Positions 1-9,864 of a DNA stretch of 33,978 nt are shown here, one piece after another (the stretch's first letter is position 1; every line of letters starts with the position of its first letter). The notes under the pieces are model-generated. The model did no database searches, had not been told where the DNA came from, and saw only the letters and a program-made list of their open reading frames with translations. Origin of the DNA: an uncultured Eubacteriales bacterium (lineage in GTDB: Bacteria; Bacillota; Clostridia; TANB77; CAG-508); the NCBI GenBank assembly GCA_902488785.1, contig CABTXJ010000002.1:1-33978 (forward strand). Direction: 5' to 3'. A program made the translations under genes and the position numbers.

Positions 1-21
1 AGACGTGTGCTCTTCCGATCT
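1..21. other. Illumina TruSeq-type adapter remnant at contig end (technical artefact)
   Basis: Bases 1-21 read AGACGTGTGCTCTTCCGATCT. This is the 3' part of the standard Illumina read-2 adapter. Its G+C content is far above the rest of the window. Confidence 0.9.
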
Positions 22-1160
22 AAATCATTTGATAATTTTAAAAATGCAGGAATTGCAACCTTACTTAAAGGAAGATTAGATATGTTATTAGAAGCAAAGT
101 CATTTGTTTTATCAATTAATTCCTTAGTTAATGCAAACCTTTCATCATTTGTTTTTGTATTAAATACAGCAATATAATATGGTATATCTTGTATATACAC
201 TTTAGTAATTAAACAATATCCACTTTCAGTTGTATAACCCGTTTTTAAGCCAACAACATTTGGATTATAGAAAGGTGAATTATTATTTAAAAATAAGTTT
301 GTTGAATGTATTTTAAAACTTTTTTTTTCACCATTTGATGAAATATATGGTATATCACAATCAGATATTTTAGTTATATCTTCAATATTAGTATACTTAT
401 TACCAAATATTGAAACAATGATTTGATCAGCTGCAGTTGTATAATGATTTTCATCAAATAATCCATATGGATTTGTATAATTTGTATTTGTTATATTTAA
501 TATTTTAAATAGGCATGTATATATACTCTCATTTTCAGAAAATTCCACATTTTTGCTTTTAAGCTTTTCATCAATCAATCTTTTAAGTGTTTTAGTAGAA
601 TCATTTGCTGACATAATTAATGAAGATTTAAGAAGATTAGCAATTGTAATTTTATCACCAGGTTTAAGAACTGTAGCTATATAACCTTCAGGTATATTCT
701 TGTCTTCTTTGGTAATCTCAATTACATCATTTAAATTATCTTTGAATACCATACTTGCAATTATATCTGTAGTTAGCTTTGTAATACTTGCAGGATAAAC
801 CTTTTTTTCTGGTTCTTTTGCAGCTAGTATATTTAAATTATCACCTCTTACAATAATATAGGAACTATTAGAATGATTTTTATCAACTTCTGCTATTGCC
901 TTTAAATATTCATTATATTTATATGTATCAGCTATACTTGGTCTGATTATATTTATTGGCTTAATAATATTTTCTTCAGAAAAATCATTGTAATTATTTC
1001 TGTAGAATAAATATACAAAAATAGACAAGAAAAAAAATAATGCTAAAAATACCTTTTTCTTATTTAACTTCTTTTTTACATTGTCGTTTTTAACATTTCC
1101 TTTTGAACTATTACTATTTTTTTTACCATAGTTATTTTTGCTATTATATATTGTGCTCAA
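22..1160 (-). CDS. Serine-type D-alanyl-D-alanine carboxypeptidase (peptidase S11 / PBP5-like), 3' end runs into the adapter at the contig edge
   Basis: Not in the ORF track because it is open-ended. My translation of the minus strand gives a TTG start at 1158-1160, preceded by AGGAGA (revcomp of 1165-1170). An N-terminal TM segment (VFLALFFFLSIFVYLF) follows. The motifs are SxxK as PASITKLT (about 775-786), SxN as MSANDS, and KTG as LKTGYT (about 238-246). The frame stays open down to the adapter. Confidence 0.8.
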
Positions 1161-1386
1161 AATATCTCCTAACTTTAACCTTTAACTTAAATACTATAGC
1201 AATTATATATATTTTTAGTAAATAAAACAATAAATAGTAACAATAACAATAACATAATTAAGAAAAATATATAAAAAATGAAAATAAAAAATAATCAAAA
1301 AGTAAAAACAAAAACAAATATAACAAATAACAAATAATAAATAATAATTAATGAATAATAAAAAAGAATTAATACAAGGAGATACT

Positions 1387-2121
1387 ATGTTTGGAAGAAT
1401 AAAAGAAAAATTAATGGAAATAGATAAAGAATATATAATAATAGGAGTAATATTAGTTACTATACTTACATATATAATAATAACTGGCAAAGCAGATAAA
1501 AAAGATGTACAAGAAGAGCAAAAACAAGCAGAGATTAAAGAAGAAGAAAAGCAAGAAGAAACTAAGCAAAAAATATATGTACATATTGATGGAATGGTAA
1601 AAAAGCCAGGACTTATAGAATTAAAAGAAGATGCAAGATTAAATGATGCAATAGAAAAAGCAGAAGGATTAACAGATAAGGCTGATACAGAATTAATTAA
1701 TTTAGCTATGCAATTAGAAGATGGTACAAAAATATATATTCCTTCAATAGATGATAGAAAAAAGAATGAAGAAGTAAAAAAAGCTGAAGAAGAACAAAAT
1801 AGTGAAATTAAGTTAAATGAAGATAATGGAATAATAAAAATAGGAAAAGAAGATTTAGAAAATAATACAAAAACAAATGAGTCTAAGGCAAGTGTTAAAA
1901 AAAGTACATCTTCTTCTAAAAAGCAAAATGGAAAGATAAATATAAATAAGGCATCAAAGGATCAATTGATGACATTAAAAGGAGTAGGCAATTCTACAGC
2001 AGATAAGATAATTGAATATAGGAATAAGGAAGGTGGGTTTAAAAAAATAGAACAACTACTTGAAGTAAGCGGAATAGGTGAATCAAAATTTAATAAAATT
2101 AAAGGAAATATTATAATTTAA
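1387..2121 (+). CDS. comEA: ComEA-type DNA receptor (SLBB domain plus C-terminal helix-hairpin-helix)
   Basis: N-terminal TM segment, then an SLBB-like segment (IYVHIDGMVKKPGLIELKEDARLNDAIEKAEGL). The C-terminus has HhH repeats (KASKDQLMTLKGVGNSTADKIIEYRNKEGGFKKIEQLLEVSGIGESKFNKIK). The ATG at 1387 follows AGGAGA. The track start at 1351 has no RBS. Confidence 0.85.
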   Translation: MFGRIKEKLMEIDKEYIIIGVILVTILTYIIITGKADKKDVQEEQKQAEIKEEEKQEETKQKIYVHIDGMVKKPGLIELKEDARLNDAIEKAEGLTDKADTELINLAMQLEDGTKIYIPSIDDRKKNEEVKKAEEEQNSEIKLNEDNGIIKIGKEDLENNTKTNESKASVKKSTSSSKKQNGKININKASKDQLMTLKGVGNSTADKIIEYRNKEGGFKKIEQLLEVSGIGESKFNKIKGNIII

Positions 2122-2245
2122 CTTAATAATACTTAATAAAATTAAAAAACATTCAAATATAGGCAACTAAGTTAACTTTTTACTTTTACTGTGATATATT
2201 TAAAATACAAATGCAAAAAAAGTTTAGAAATACTTAGGAGAAAAA

Positions 2246-5200
2246 ATGAAACTTAAAAAGATATACATGAATGGATTTAAGTCATTTGCAAATAAAACAG
2301 AGATAATTGCAAATGATGGTATAACTGGAGTTATTGGGCCTAATGGTTCTGGTAAAAGTAATATAGCTGATGCAATAAGATGGGTACTAGGTGAGCAAAG
2401 TATTAAAGCATTAAGAGGAAGTAAACCACAAGATGTTATATTTTCAGGAACACAATTTAGAAGAGGTGCAGGCTTTGCAGAAGTAGAATTACTATTTGAT
2501 AATACAGATGGTGATATACCAATTGAATATGATGAAGTAAGTGTTGGAAGAAAACTATATAGTGATGGTGAATCTGCCTATCTTTTAAATGGTGCAACTA
2601 CAAGACTTAAAACTATACAAGAACTTTTTATGGATACAGGAATTGGAAAAGATGGTTATAGTATTATAGGACAAGGTAGAATAGATGAAATACTAAGCAA
2701 TAACTCAGAAAAAAGAAGAAAAGTATTTGAAGAAGCAACAGGTATTGTTAAATACAAAGAAAGAAAAAAAGAAGCAAAAACAAATATAGAAGTAACTGAA
2801 GACAACTTAGTTAGAATAACAGATATATTATCAGAAATTTCTAATAATCTAGAAACATTAGAAGAACAAAGTGCTAAAGCAAAAGAATATCTTAGACTTA
2901 AAGATATTAAGAAAAAATTAGACTTAAGAATATTTAAAGAAGAGATGGCATCTTTTGATATACGTTTTGAAGAAAACAATTCTAAGTTAAAAGAAATATC
3001 AGGAAGTATAGAGGAAGAAAAAGAAAAGCAAGAAAAAAATCAAGAAAATATACAAAAAGTATTAGATACTATTTCTAACATAGACAAAAAAACAGAAGCA
3101 AGCTATAAAAATATTGGTGAAAGTAGTAGTGAAATTTCTAATATGGAAAAAGAAATAGCACTATCTAATGAAAAAGTATTGTCGCTTAAAGATAGTATAA
3201 GATTATCTGATACAGATATATTAGAAGCTAAAAACAAAATTGCATTAAAAGAGGAAGAAAAGAAATCAAAACTAGAAAAATTAGAAAGAAGCAAAAAAGA
3301 TTCTTTAACATTTAAAGAAGAGTTAAAAGAAAAAGAAATAGAAAAAGAAAAACTTAAAAAAGTATTAGCAAAAGATGAAAAAGCAAAAGAAGAAAAAAGA
3401 AAACAAATAGAAGAAGTAAAAGATAAAGAATATGAAATAGATGGAGAAATATACAAGGAAAAACTAGAGCTAGAACATTTAAAAGAATTAAAAACAAGAA
3501 AAGAAAATGAAAAAAGAGACAAGACATTAGATGTTGATAGACAAAAACTTGCAATAGAAGATGAAAAGAAAAAGTTTGCTAAAGAAAATGGAGAATTATT
3601 AGAAAAGGTAGCAAAACTTGAAAAAGATAAAGAAAACTTGAGCAAAAAGATAACAGAGATTGCTGAAGGAAAAAATAATATAGAAAAACAAAAACAAGAT
3701 ATTGCAATTAAAACAAACAAGTTAAATATATTAAAAAGTTTGGAAAAAGAAAAAGAAGGATTTTCTTTTGCAGTTAAAAATATATTAAAAGCTAAAACAA
3801 ATAATACAGAAATAGGTAAAAAGGCATTAGGAGTAATAACAGATATAATATCTGTAAAAAAAGAATATACAAATGCCATACAAACAGCGCTTGGAAGTTC
3901 TATGCAAAACATTGTAGTAGAAAATGAAGAAGATGCAAAAGACATAATTGAATATTTAAAAGAAACAAAAAGTGGTAAGGCTACATTTTTACCAATTAGA
4001 AGATATGCAGGTAAAAAGAAAAGCGATAATGAAAAAGAAGTACTTAAGAAAGCAAAAAGTATAAACATAAAAGTGGTAACAGCTAAATCTGTAATTAAGA
4101 CAGAAGAAAAATACATAAATGTATTAGAAAGCATTTTAAACAATAACTATATTGTAGAAAATATGGATGATGCAATAGTGCTTTCTAGAAATATACCATA
4201 TATTAGGATAGTAACTAAAGCAGGTGATGTAATTAATTCTTCTGGAAGTATAACAGGTGGTTATACAAATAGTAGTAATAATATATTAAGTAGAAAAGCA
4301 CAGATAAAAACATTAGAGCAAGAACTTAAAAAACAAAGAAATGATTTAGAAAACTTAGAAAAGCAATACACAAAAGAATATGTGAATGTGGATAAGATAA
4401 AAGAAAATTTAGGAAGCATAGAAGATAAACTATCTGAAAGCAAGATTACACTTGCTGTTGCAAATAGTAATATAGCGGCAAAAGAAGATGTACTTAAGCA
4501 AGAATTAGAAACTAAAAAACATATTGAAGAAGATATATTAAAAATAACAGAAGATATTGCAAATATTAAAAAAAGTATTTCAGAAAATGAAAAGAAAAAA
4601 GAAGAATTAAATACAAAAAAAGATAGAATAGAAGCAGAGATAAAAAAGCTTAATGAAAATATAGTAAACAAAGAAGATGTTAAAAAACTAGAAGAGATAA
4701 ATGAAGATATAGTAGACTTAAAGATTTCAATATCGTCATTTGATGAAAATGAAAAATCTATTCAGGAAATAATAGATATAATACAAAAAGATATTGATGA
4801 AAACAATGAAAAAATACAGGGTAAAAATACTAAAACAAAAGAAGTAGAAAAACAAATAGAAGAATTAGAAAATAGTATTAAAACTTTGAAAGAAAAACTA
4901 AAAGAAAAAGAAAATGAAAGTGAAGAAATTAGAAGAATACAAGAAAAGATAAAAGAAGAGAAAAAGGAAATACTAGAAGAAAAAGAAAAATTAGAAATAG
5001 AAAAAGATAATATTGAAAAGGAAATAGACAAACTACTTCCTGAAAAAGCTAAATTAGAACAAATACTATATAGGGTGGAACTACAAAGAGAAAACTTAGC
5101 AAATAATATTTGGGATGATTACGAAGTTACATATAATAATTTGGTACTAGACCTAGAAGATGAATTATATGAAAAATATGAATTAAATGAAAGAGACTAT

Positions 5201-5878
5201 GATAATAATGTAGTTGCATTTAATACAAAAAAGGCAAATGGTATATTAGATAAGACAGAAAAAGATATTAAAAATATGGGCGAGATAAATATTGGGGCAA
5301 TAAAAGAGTTAGATGTTGCAAAAGAAAGATATGATTTCTTAAAAGAACAAAAAGATGACTTAGAAAAATCAAAAAAAGAATTGCAACATATAATAACAGA
5401 TATATCTTCAACTATGGAAGAACAATTTGTACAAAGAATGAAATTAATTAATAAAAACTTTAGTGGTATTTTTGAAGAACTATTCGGAGGTGGAAGAGCT
5501 AAAATAGAACTAGATAATGAAAAAGATCCACTAAATGCAGATGTTATTATAAAAGTAGAACCACCAGGAAAGAAATTACAAAATATGTTATTACTATCTG
5601 GAGGAGAAAGAGCACTAACTGCAATTGCAATACTATTTAGTATATTAAATATTAACCCATCACCATTTTGTGTATTAGACGAAATAGAAGCAGCATTAGA
5701 TGATGCAAATGTACAAAGATATGCAAACTATCTTAAAAAATATGCAGATAGTTCACAGTTTATTGTAATAACACATAGAAAAGGAACTATGGAATCAGTA
5801 GACACACTATATGGTGTAACTATGGAAGAAAATGGTATAAGCAAGCTTGTATCATTAGACTTAGGTAAGATTAAGTAA
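2246..5878 (+). CDS. smc: Chromosome partition protein SMC
   Basis: 1210 aa. Walker A is GPNGSGKSN at the N-terminus. Long K/E-rich coiled coils flank a central hinge. The ABC signature LSGGERALTAIA and Walker B FCVLDEIEAALD lie at the C-terminus. RBS is AGGAGA. Confidence 0.97.
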   Translation: MKLKKIYMNGFKSFANKTEIIANDGITGVIGPNGSGKSNIADAIRWVLGEQSIKALRGSKPQDVIFSGTQFRRGAGFAEVELLFDNTDGDIPIEYDEVSVGRKLYSDGESAYLLNGATTRLKTIQELFMDTGIGKDGYSIIGQGRIDEILSNNSEKRRKVFEEATGIVKYKERKKEAKTNIEVTEDNLVRITDILSEISNNLETLEEQSAKAKEYLRLKDIKKKLDLRIFKEEMASFDIRFEENNSKLKEISGSIEEEKEKQEKNQENIQKVLDTISNIDKKTEASYKNIGESSSEISNMEKEIALSNEKVLSLKDSIRLSDTDILEAKNKIALKEEEKKSKLEKLERSKKDSLTFKEELKEKEIEKEKLKKVLAKDEKAKEEKRKQIEEVKDKEYEIDGEIYKEKLELEHLKELKTRKENEKRDKTLDVDRQKLAIEDEKKKFAKENGELLEKVAKLEKDKENLSKKITEIAEGKNNIEKQKQDIAIKTNKLNILKSLEKEKEGFSFAVKNILKAKTNNTEIGKKALGVITDIISVKKEYTNAIQTALGSSMQNIVVENEEDAKDIIEYLKETKSGKATFLPIRRYAGKKKSDNEKEVLKKAKSINIKVVTAKSVIKTEEKYINVLESILNNNYIVENMDDAIVLSRNIPYIRIVTKAGDVINSSGSITGGYTNSSNNILSRKAQIKTLEQELKKQRNDLENLEKQYTKEYVNVDKIKENLGSIEDKLSESKITLAVANSNIAAKEDVLKQELETKKHIEEDILKITEDIANIKKSISENEKKKEELNTKKDRIEAEIKKLNENIVNKEDVKKLEEINEDIVDLKISISSFDENEKSIQEIIDIIQKDIDENNEKIQGKNTKTKEVEKQIEELENSIKTLKEKLKEKENESEEIRRIQEKIKEEKKEILEEKEKLEIEKDNIEKEIDKLLPEKAKLEQILYRVELQRENLANNIWDDYEVTYNNLVLDLEDELYEKYELNERDYDNNVVAFNTKKANGILDKTEKDIKNMGEINIGAIKELDVAKERYDFLKEQKDDLEKSKKELQHIITDISSTMEEQFVQRMKLINKNFSGIFEELFGGGRAKIELDNEKDPLNADVIIKVEPPGKKLQNMLLLSGGERALTAIAILFSILNINPSPFCVLDEIEAALDDANVQRYANYLKKYADSSQFIVITHRKGTMESVDTLYGVTMEENGISKLVSLDLGKIK

Positions 5879-5937
5879 TACAAAATTAGTGTGAATAAAA
5901 ATATAAATAGAAATAGAAAATGTTAAAAATATTAAAA

Positions 5938-5977
5938 GGAAATACAATTATAAATATAATTTTGTATTTCTTTTTTT
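5938..5977 (+). terminator. Rho-independent terminator after smc
   Basis: The arm GAAATACAA (5939-5947) pairs with TTGTATTTC (5962-5970) and is followed by a T7 run. Confidence 0.7.
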
Positions 5978-6043
5978 GTGCATATATGCTAATATTTAAG
6001 AATTTAAATATTATATTTATTATAGTAAAATAGTGTGTTATTG

Positions 6044-6052
6044 TGGTATAAT
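6044..6052 (+). promoter_or_regulatory. Extended -10 promoter element (TGGTATAAT) upstream of rnc
   Basis: TGnTATAAT reads perfectly at 6044-6052, about 130 nt upstream of the rnc ATG. This implies a long leader. Confidence 0.45.
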
Positions 6053-6184
6053 ATACTATAGTGTTTAGGATTACTTACTTAGAAATATGTAATAGTTGCA
6101 CTGAAAATAAAGAAAGGATATAAAAATATTTAATTATGTATTTTTAAAATAAAATACATTGTTAAATAATTTTAGAAAGAAAAG

Positions 6185-6895
6185 ATGAAAGAAAAAAATA
6201 ATTATAATGAATTAAGAGGATTAGAAAAAAATATTTCTTATACCTTTAAAAATAAAAAACTACTTGAAATAGCAACACATCACAGATCATACTCAAATGA
6301 ATTTGATGTAGAGAATAATGAAAGGTTAGAGTTTTTAGGAGATAGTATATTAGAATTTGTAATGACAGATCACCTATATAAAAAGCTTGCAGATGCTAAA
6401 GAAGGAGATATGACTAAGATGAGGTCATATATTGTATGTGAAGATAGCCTTTTTGATGTAGCAGAAAAATTAAAATTTGCAAAATATATTAAATTAGGAA
6501 AATCACAACTAAAATCTGGTGGAGTATCAAAACCTATACTTGCAGATATGGTTGAAGCAGTAATAGCGGCAATATATTTAGATTCAAATATTGAAGTGGT
6601 ATCAAAGTTTATACTACATAACCTAAAAGATAATATATACTATGCAACACATTCCCAATACCTACAAGATTACAAAACACTATATCAAGAAAAAGTACAA
6701 GCAGAAGGTGTAAGAGAAATAACATACGAATTAATATCAGAAAGTGGACCAGATCATGATAAGGTATTTGAAATAGAACTTTTAGCAGATGGAAAATTCA
6801 TATCTAAAGGAATTGGTAAATCAAAAAAAGAAGCACAAATACATGCAGCTAAAAAAGCATTAATAGATATGGGAATAATTAAAGATAATGATTAA
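6185..6895 (+). CDS. rnc: Ribonuclease III
   Basis: Carries the RNase III signature ERLEFLGDSILE. A C-terminal dsRBD-like segment reads GPDHDKVFEIELLADGKFISKGIGKSKKEAQIHAAKKAL. Confidence 0.95.
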   Translation: MKEKNNYNELRGLEKNISYTFKNKKLLEIATHHRSYSNEFDVENNERLEFLGDSILEFVMTDHLYKKLADAKEGDMTKMRSYIVCEDSLFDVAEKLKFAKYIKLGKSQLKSGGVSKPILADMVEAVIAAIYLDSNIEVVSKFILHNLKDNIYYATHSQYLQDYKTLYQEKVQAEGVREITYELISESGPDHDKVFEIELLADGKFISKGIGKSKKEAQIHAAKKALIDMGIIKDND

Positions 6896-6987
6896 ATAAT
6901 TAAAAAAGTAAAAATAAAATAAGATAAAATTAAAGTAAAATAAATAAGATAAAAAGAAAAAAATAAAATAAGATAAAAGGATTATAC

Positions 6988-7929
6988 ATGAAATATATTG
7001 ATTTTTTAGATAATATAAAATTAATTAAAGAAGATGATTATTATTATATTGAAATAGTTGAACTAGAAGATACTATATTAAAAGATATATTTGAAAATGG
7101 TCAATGCTTTAGATGGGTAAAAGAAGATGAAAGCGACTCATATATTGGAGTACTTCCTGAAATGGTAATAAAAGCAAATGAAGAAAAAGGTTTAGAAAAT
7201 AAGACAAATATATTTTTAAAGATAAAGATACTAAAAGATAGCAAATTAAATGATGAAGAAAAATTAAAAGAATATATATATAATTATTTTGATTTAGGTT
7301 CAGATTATGGAAAAGTTAAAAAAGAATATAGTTTAAAAAATGAATCACTAAAGGAAGCAACAGAATTTGGAAAAGGAATAAGGATATTAAAACAAGAACC
7401 ATATGAGACAATATATTCTTTTATTATATCTGCAAATAATAATATACCAAATATACGAAAAGGAATAGAAAATATTTCAAAAAACTATGGTACAAGTATA
7501 GAGTTTGAAGGAAAAAAATATTATCTTTTCCCTAAAAATGAAGAAATACAAAAATTAACAGAAGAACAACTAAGAGAAACAAAAATAGGATTTAGAGCAC
7601 CTAGAATAGTGGAAACATCAAAGATTATTAATGAAGAATACATAGAAGAATTAAAAAAGTTAGATGATGATACATTATATGAAGAATTATTAAAGCTATC
7701 TGGAGTAGGACCAAAGGTTGCTAATTGTATTATGCTATTTGGATTTGGAAGAAAAGAATCATTTCCAATAGATGTGTGGGTAAAAAGAGTAATGAGTGAA
7801 GAATTTTTTGAAGGCCGTGATGTTACAAATAAAGAAATATATGATGCGGTAAAAGATTTTAATGATAAAGGGCTTGCTCAGCAGTATCTATTCTATTGGA
7901 GAAGAGAAAAAGATAAAAGCAAAAAATAA
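6988..7929 (+). CDS. ogg: 8-oxoguanine DNA glycosylase / AP lyase (OGG1-type, HhH-GPD)
   Basis: The N-terminal OGG_N-like motif is FENGQCFRW. The HhH-GPD core is LKLSGVGPKVANCIMLFGFGRKESFPIDVWVKRVM, with the catalytic-type Lys and Asp in place. Confidence 0.85.
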   Translation: MKYIDFLDNIKLIKEDDYYYIEIVELEDTILKDIFENGQCFRWVKEDESDSYIGVLPEMVIKANEEKGLENKTNIFLKIKILKDSKLNDEEKLKEYIYNYFDLGSDYGKVKKEYSLKNESLKEATEFGKGIRILKQEPYETIYSFIISANNNIPNIRKGIENISKNYGTSIEFEGKKYYLFPKNEEIQKLTEEQLRETKIGFRAPRIVETSKIINEEYIEELKKLDDDTLYEELLKLSGVGPKVANCIMLFGFGRKESFPIDVWVKRVMSEEFFEGRDVTNKEIYDAVKDFNDKGLAQQYLFYWRREKDKSKK

Positions 7930-8033
7930 AAAGTAAAAAAGTAAAAAATATAGCAAATTAAAAAGTAAATAATATGATATATTATTAGAAATAATAACTA
8001 AAATAAATTAATATATATTTAAGGAAAAAGAAT

Positions 8034-9299
8034 ATGAAAAAAGATTTTAATAATAGAAAAGTAAAAAAACATAGAGTACTAGAAACAATTGGAACAATAG
8101 TACAATCAGTTCTAACATTTGTAATTACTTTTGCGGTATTGCTATTTTTAGTATTTCTTGTAACACCAGGAAATACTAAAGAAAAATTTGCGGATGCAAA
8201 AGAATATTTAATGGCAACATTTGGAAAAGCAAATACAGAAGTTGAGATAGAACAAAATCCAATAGAAGGTGTAGAAGAAAATAAGATTGTTGCACCTAAA
8301 ATAGTATCAGATACGGTAGAAGCAAGTGTAGCAAGACAAGTAACACCAGTTGTTGAACAAAAAGAAATAGAAAAAGTTGCAAATAATTCTAAAGGAAACG
8401 AAGCATTAACTCTATCTAGTTCTATGTACTATATACAATTAGATCAATATGGTAAAAAAATATATGACAAGTTAAGTATGGAAAGTGCATACTTCTTAAA
8501 TGGAGAACACTCATTTAATTATGGTACAGTATTTAATGAACTTTTAAATAGACCAGGCGGAGCAGAACAATTAGAACACTCTTTTCAAGCAGCTGTTAAT
8601 GCACTTGCACTAGATTTTCCACAACTATACTTTATTGATGTAAGTAATATTTCACTTGTTATAACTGAAAAGCAATATATGGGAGCAAGACCTGTATATA
8701 CAGTTAAAATAGAAAATGCTAAAGGAAAACTATTCTATGCAGATGGAATAAGAAGCAAAGATGAATTAGACATGATAAGAAACAAAGTAGAAGCATTAAG
8801 AGAGAAGATAATTAAAAATGCTAGAAGATACCCAACACAATATGAGCAAATAAAATATGTACATGATTATATAGTAGATAATGTATACTATGATGATAAT
8901 ATAACAGATTCAAGTAAGTATAACCTAGGATTTACACTTTTAAGAGGAAGAGCTGTCTGTGAAGGATATGCAAAATCATTTAAGTATATATTAGATGGAA
9001 TGCAAATACCTACAATAACAACAGTAGGAATGGGAATAAATAGTGTTGGAAGTAGAGAAAGACATGCATGGAATCAAGTGTATTTAGATGGATATTGGTA
9101 TGGAGTAGATACAACTTGGGATGACCCAATAGTTACTTCGAATTCAATCTTAACTAGAAGAGATACACATAAGTATTTCTTAGTAGGTGAAAATGTATTT
9201 AAAGGAAATCATATGCCAGATGGTAATGTATCAGATGGAGTAGAATTCAAGTATCCACAATTACCTGCATATTCATATACACCACCTAGAAGACAATAA
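8034..9299 (+). CDS. Membrane-anchored transglutaminase-like cysteine protease-fold protein
   Basis: N-terminal TM segment. The transglutaminase core shows a Cys-His-Asp pattern: RGRAVCEGYAKSFKYIL ... RHAWNQVYLDGYWYGVDTTWDD. Confidence 0.8.
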   Translation: MKKDFNNRKVKKHRVLETIGTIVQSVLTFVITFAVLLFLVFLVTPGNTKEKFADAKEYLMATFGKANTEVEIEQNPIEGVEENKIVAPKIVSDTVEASVARQVTPVVEQKEIEKVANNSKGNEALTLSSSMYYIQLDQYGKKIYDKLSMESAYFLNGEHSFNYGTVFNELLNRPGGAEQLEHSFQAAVNALALDFPQLYFIDVSNISLVITEKQYMGARPVYTVKIENAKGKLFYADGIRSKDELDMIRNKVEALREKIIKNARRYPTQYEQIKYVHDYIVDNVYYDDNITDSSKYNLGFTLLRGRAVCEGYAKSFKYILDGMQIPTITTVGMGINSVGSRERHAWNQVYLDGYWYGVDTTWDDPIVTSNSILTRRDTHKYFLVGENVFKGNHMPDGNVSDGVEFKYPQLPAYSYTPPRRQ

Positions 9300-9338
9300 G
9301 ATAATTAAAAATATAATAATAAAAATGAAATAGAAAAA

Positions 9339-9370
9339 CCTATTGTATTTTAATGCAATAGGCTTTTTTT
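9339..9370. terminator. Bidirectional rho-independent terminator between convergent genes
   Basis: CCTATTGTATT (9339-9349) pairs with AATGCAATAGG (9352-9362) with one mismatch. An A-run lies upstream and a T7 run downstream. Confidence 0.75.
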
Positions 9371-9382
9371 AATATAACTTTT

Positions 9383-9595
9383 TTATTTCTCTATTTTCTT
9401 TAATTCTAGCTTATCACCAGGTCCGTCATGCCTTAGCTCATATCCAGCTTCATTAATAGCTTGAGTTTCTTTTACAGATTGCTCTCCACTTTTTATTGAA
9501 AGCCAAAAAAGCTTATTATATTTAACCCCTAAAATAATTAAAGCTATAACTGATATAGCAAGTAATACAGCCAAAATTTTACTTGTTTTATTCAT
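9383..9595 (-). CDS. Small single-pass membrane protein (70 aa), paralog of 19136..19429
   Basis: RBS is GGAGG. The TM segment is ILAVLLAISVIALIILGV. It shares the motif KSGEQSVKETQAINEAGYEL with KSSRMEYSRIEAAKDAGYTF in the 97-aa protein at 19136..19429. Confidence 0.65.
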   Translation of the reverse strand: MNKTSKILAVLLAISVIALIILGVKYNKLFWLSIKSGEQSVKETQAINEAGYELRHDGPGDKLELKKIEK

Positions 9596-9651
9596 AATAT
9601 ACCTCCAATTAATTATATACTAAAGTATATATTTTAATAATATAGCTTGTT

Positions 9652-9684
9652 GTAAAGTAAAGTAAAGTAAAGTAAAGTAAAGTA
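9652..9684. repeat. Pentanucleotide microsatellite (GTAAA) x about 6.6
   Basis: Perfect tandem GTAAA units were read directly at 9652-9684. They lie in the divergent intergenic region between the small minus-strand gene and addB. Confidence 0.95.
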
Positions 9685-9864
9685 TTATATTTTTAATCAA
9701 GTTAAATAAAAGTAAATATAATATAAGCGATAAAAATATAATAAATGAAATGATATTATGTTAGTAATTAATAATTTAAATAATTTATATAATTAAATAA
9801 TTAAAATAGCAATTATACGAAATACAGTATATAATTATGGTATTAAGAAAAAAAGGAAGAATAG

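Noticed and set aside
1215-1490. 91-aa minus-strand ORF across the dac/comEA intergenic region
   Set aside because: It is a product of AT-rich low-complexity DNA (Ile/Phe/Tyr/Asn runs). It overlaps the comEA start, has no RBS and shows no family resemblance.
2656-5031. Several long antisense ORFs inside smc (2656..2979, 3103..4143, 3354..3554, 4261..4671, 4762..5031, minus strand)
   Set aside because: Their products are Ser/Phe/Leu-rich and low-complexity. They are the mirror image of the Lys/Glu-rich coiled-coil codons (GAA/AAA read as TTC/TTT). They lack RBS and recognisable motifs, and smc accounts for the region.
5921-6034. 37-codon hydrophobic mini-ORF (MLKILKGNTIINIILYFFFCAYMLIFKNLNIIFIIVK) between smc and rnc
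   Set aside because: It has no Shine-Dalgarno sequence, runs through the smc terminator hairpin, and has a composition typical of random AT-rich sequence.
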